The position numbers and the translations under genes are program-made. 64,000 bases of DNA, from assembly GCA_965226795.1 (NCBI GenBank), contig CBDDDZ010000005.1, forward strand, positions 384,001-448,000, written 5' to 3'. Source of the DNA: Candidatus Latescibacterota bacterium. Its GTDB lineage: Bacteria > Latescibacterota > UBA2968 > GCA-2709665. Positions 63,448 through 64,000 of the stretch are shown in pieces; positions within the stretch are counted from its first letter, which is position 1, and each line of letters begins with the position of its first letter. Under the pieces are notes generated by a model, which saw only the letters and a list, made by a program, of their open reading frames with translations, was not told where the DNA came from and did no database searches.

Positions 63448-64000
63448 ATGGATACCCTCAGAAAAGGCGATAATATTCTGGATCTCATCGGCGCAACGCC
63501 GATGGTGCGTCTGAACCGGGTGGTCGATCCGGAGGGTGCTGTCGTCTGGGCCAAGCTGGAGGCGTTCAACCCGGCAGGCAGCGTGAAAGACCGGACGGCG
63601 CTGGCCATGATCGAGGCGGCCGAAGCGCACGGCGACCTGAAGCCCGGAATGAGGATTATAGAGCCCACCAGTGGGAATACGGGCATCGGCCTGGCGATGG
63701 TGGCAGCCGTGAAGGGGTACCGGCTGACGATTACCATGCCGGAAGGCGTCAGCGACGAGCGCCAGAAGTTGCTCAGGGCGCTGGGCGCGGAAGTCGTGTT
63801 GACATCGGCCTTTGACGGGATGCAGGGCACCATCGAAAAGGCGCTGGAACTGGTCGAGGATGGCGCGGAATGTTATATGCCGCAACAGTTTGAAAACCCG
63901 GCCAATCCGGATGTTCACCGCCGCACGACCGCGCGGGAGATCCTGAGGCAGATGGAGGGAGCGCCCGACGTCTTCGTTGCGGGCGTGGGGACGGGTGGGA
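63448..64000 (+). CDS. cysK: Cysteine synthase A (runs off the window end)
   Basis: Translated by hand: [23 protein letters not shown]...[14 protein letters not shown]...EPTSGNTG...QQFENPANP...GVGTGG. Confidence 0.9.
   Translation, partial: MDTLRKGDNILDLIGATPMVRLNRVVDPEGAVVWAKLEAFNPAGSVKDRTALAMIEAAEAHGDLKPGMRIIEPTSGNTGIGLAMVAAVKGYRLTITMPEGVSDERQKLLRALGAEVVLTSAFDGMQGTIEKALELVEDGAECYMPQQFENPANPDVHRRTTAREILRQMEGAPDVFVAGVGTGG

Overview
A GC-rich bacterial chromosome segment with no rRNA, CRISPR array, prophage or transposase gene. The many Gfo/Idh/MocA, aldo-keto reductase, PhyH and GWxTD genes, plus a C-terminal DFDxDGxVxFxDF motif, suggest a Latescibacterota/Gemmatimonadota-like organism (inference only). 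1-24 kb holds catabolic genes: sarcosine-oxidase-like, two uxuA-like, heparinase II/III-like, amidohydrolase-Rieske, a Co-type nitrile hydratase operon behind two Fe/2OG enzymes, and a B12 radical SAM. 25-55 kb is mostly housekeeping: hpf, purF, rnr, sodN, CIRCE-groES-groEL, iscS-apbC-moeB, ftsY, parAB, ppdK and tRNA-Lys, with decayed genes near 29-31 kb. 55-64 kb is sulfur assimilation: cysH and cysM-JAMM-sulfur carrier-Rrf2-cysK. The most unusual signal is non-coding. Six dispersed copies of a structured element (~28.2, 28.6, 34.1, 47.5, 56.4 and 60.2 kb) share a scaffold, stem-TCCGTCCA-[31-33 nt variable]-AGG(G/C)CA-[22-23 nt semi-variable]-GGCRATT-stem. Spacing is exactly 33+6+23 nt in four copies, the stem shows a compensatory change, and the 3' end is a possible triplex. 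The copies sit among GTAG-type REP palindromes and heptamer repeats. Other leads are an Fe/2OG enzyme with a halogenase-type HxG motif upstream of the nitrile hydratase, a sulfur carrier ending GG-RC next to a JAMM protease, and a MoeB whose rhodanese domain has no cysteine.
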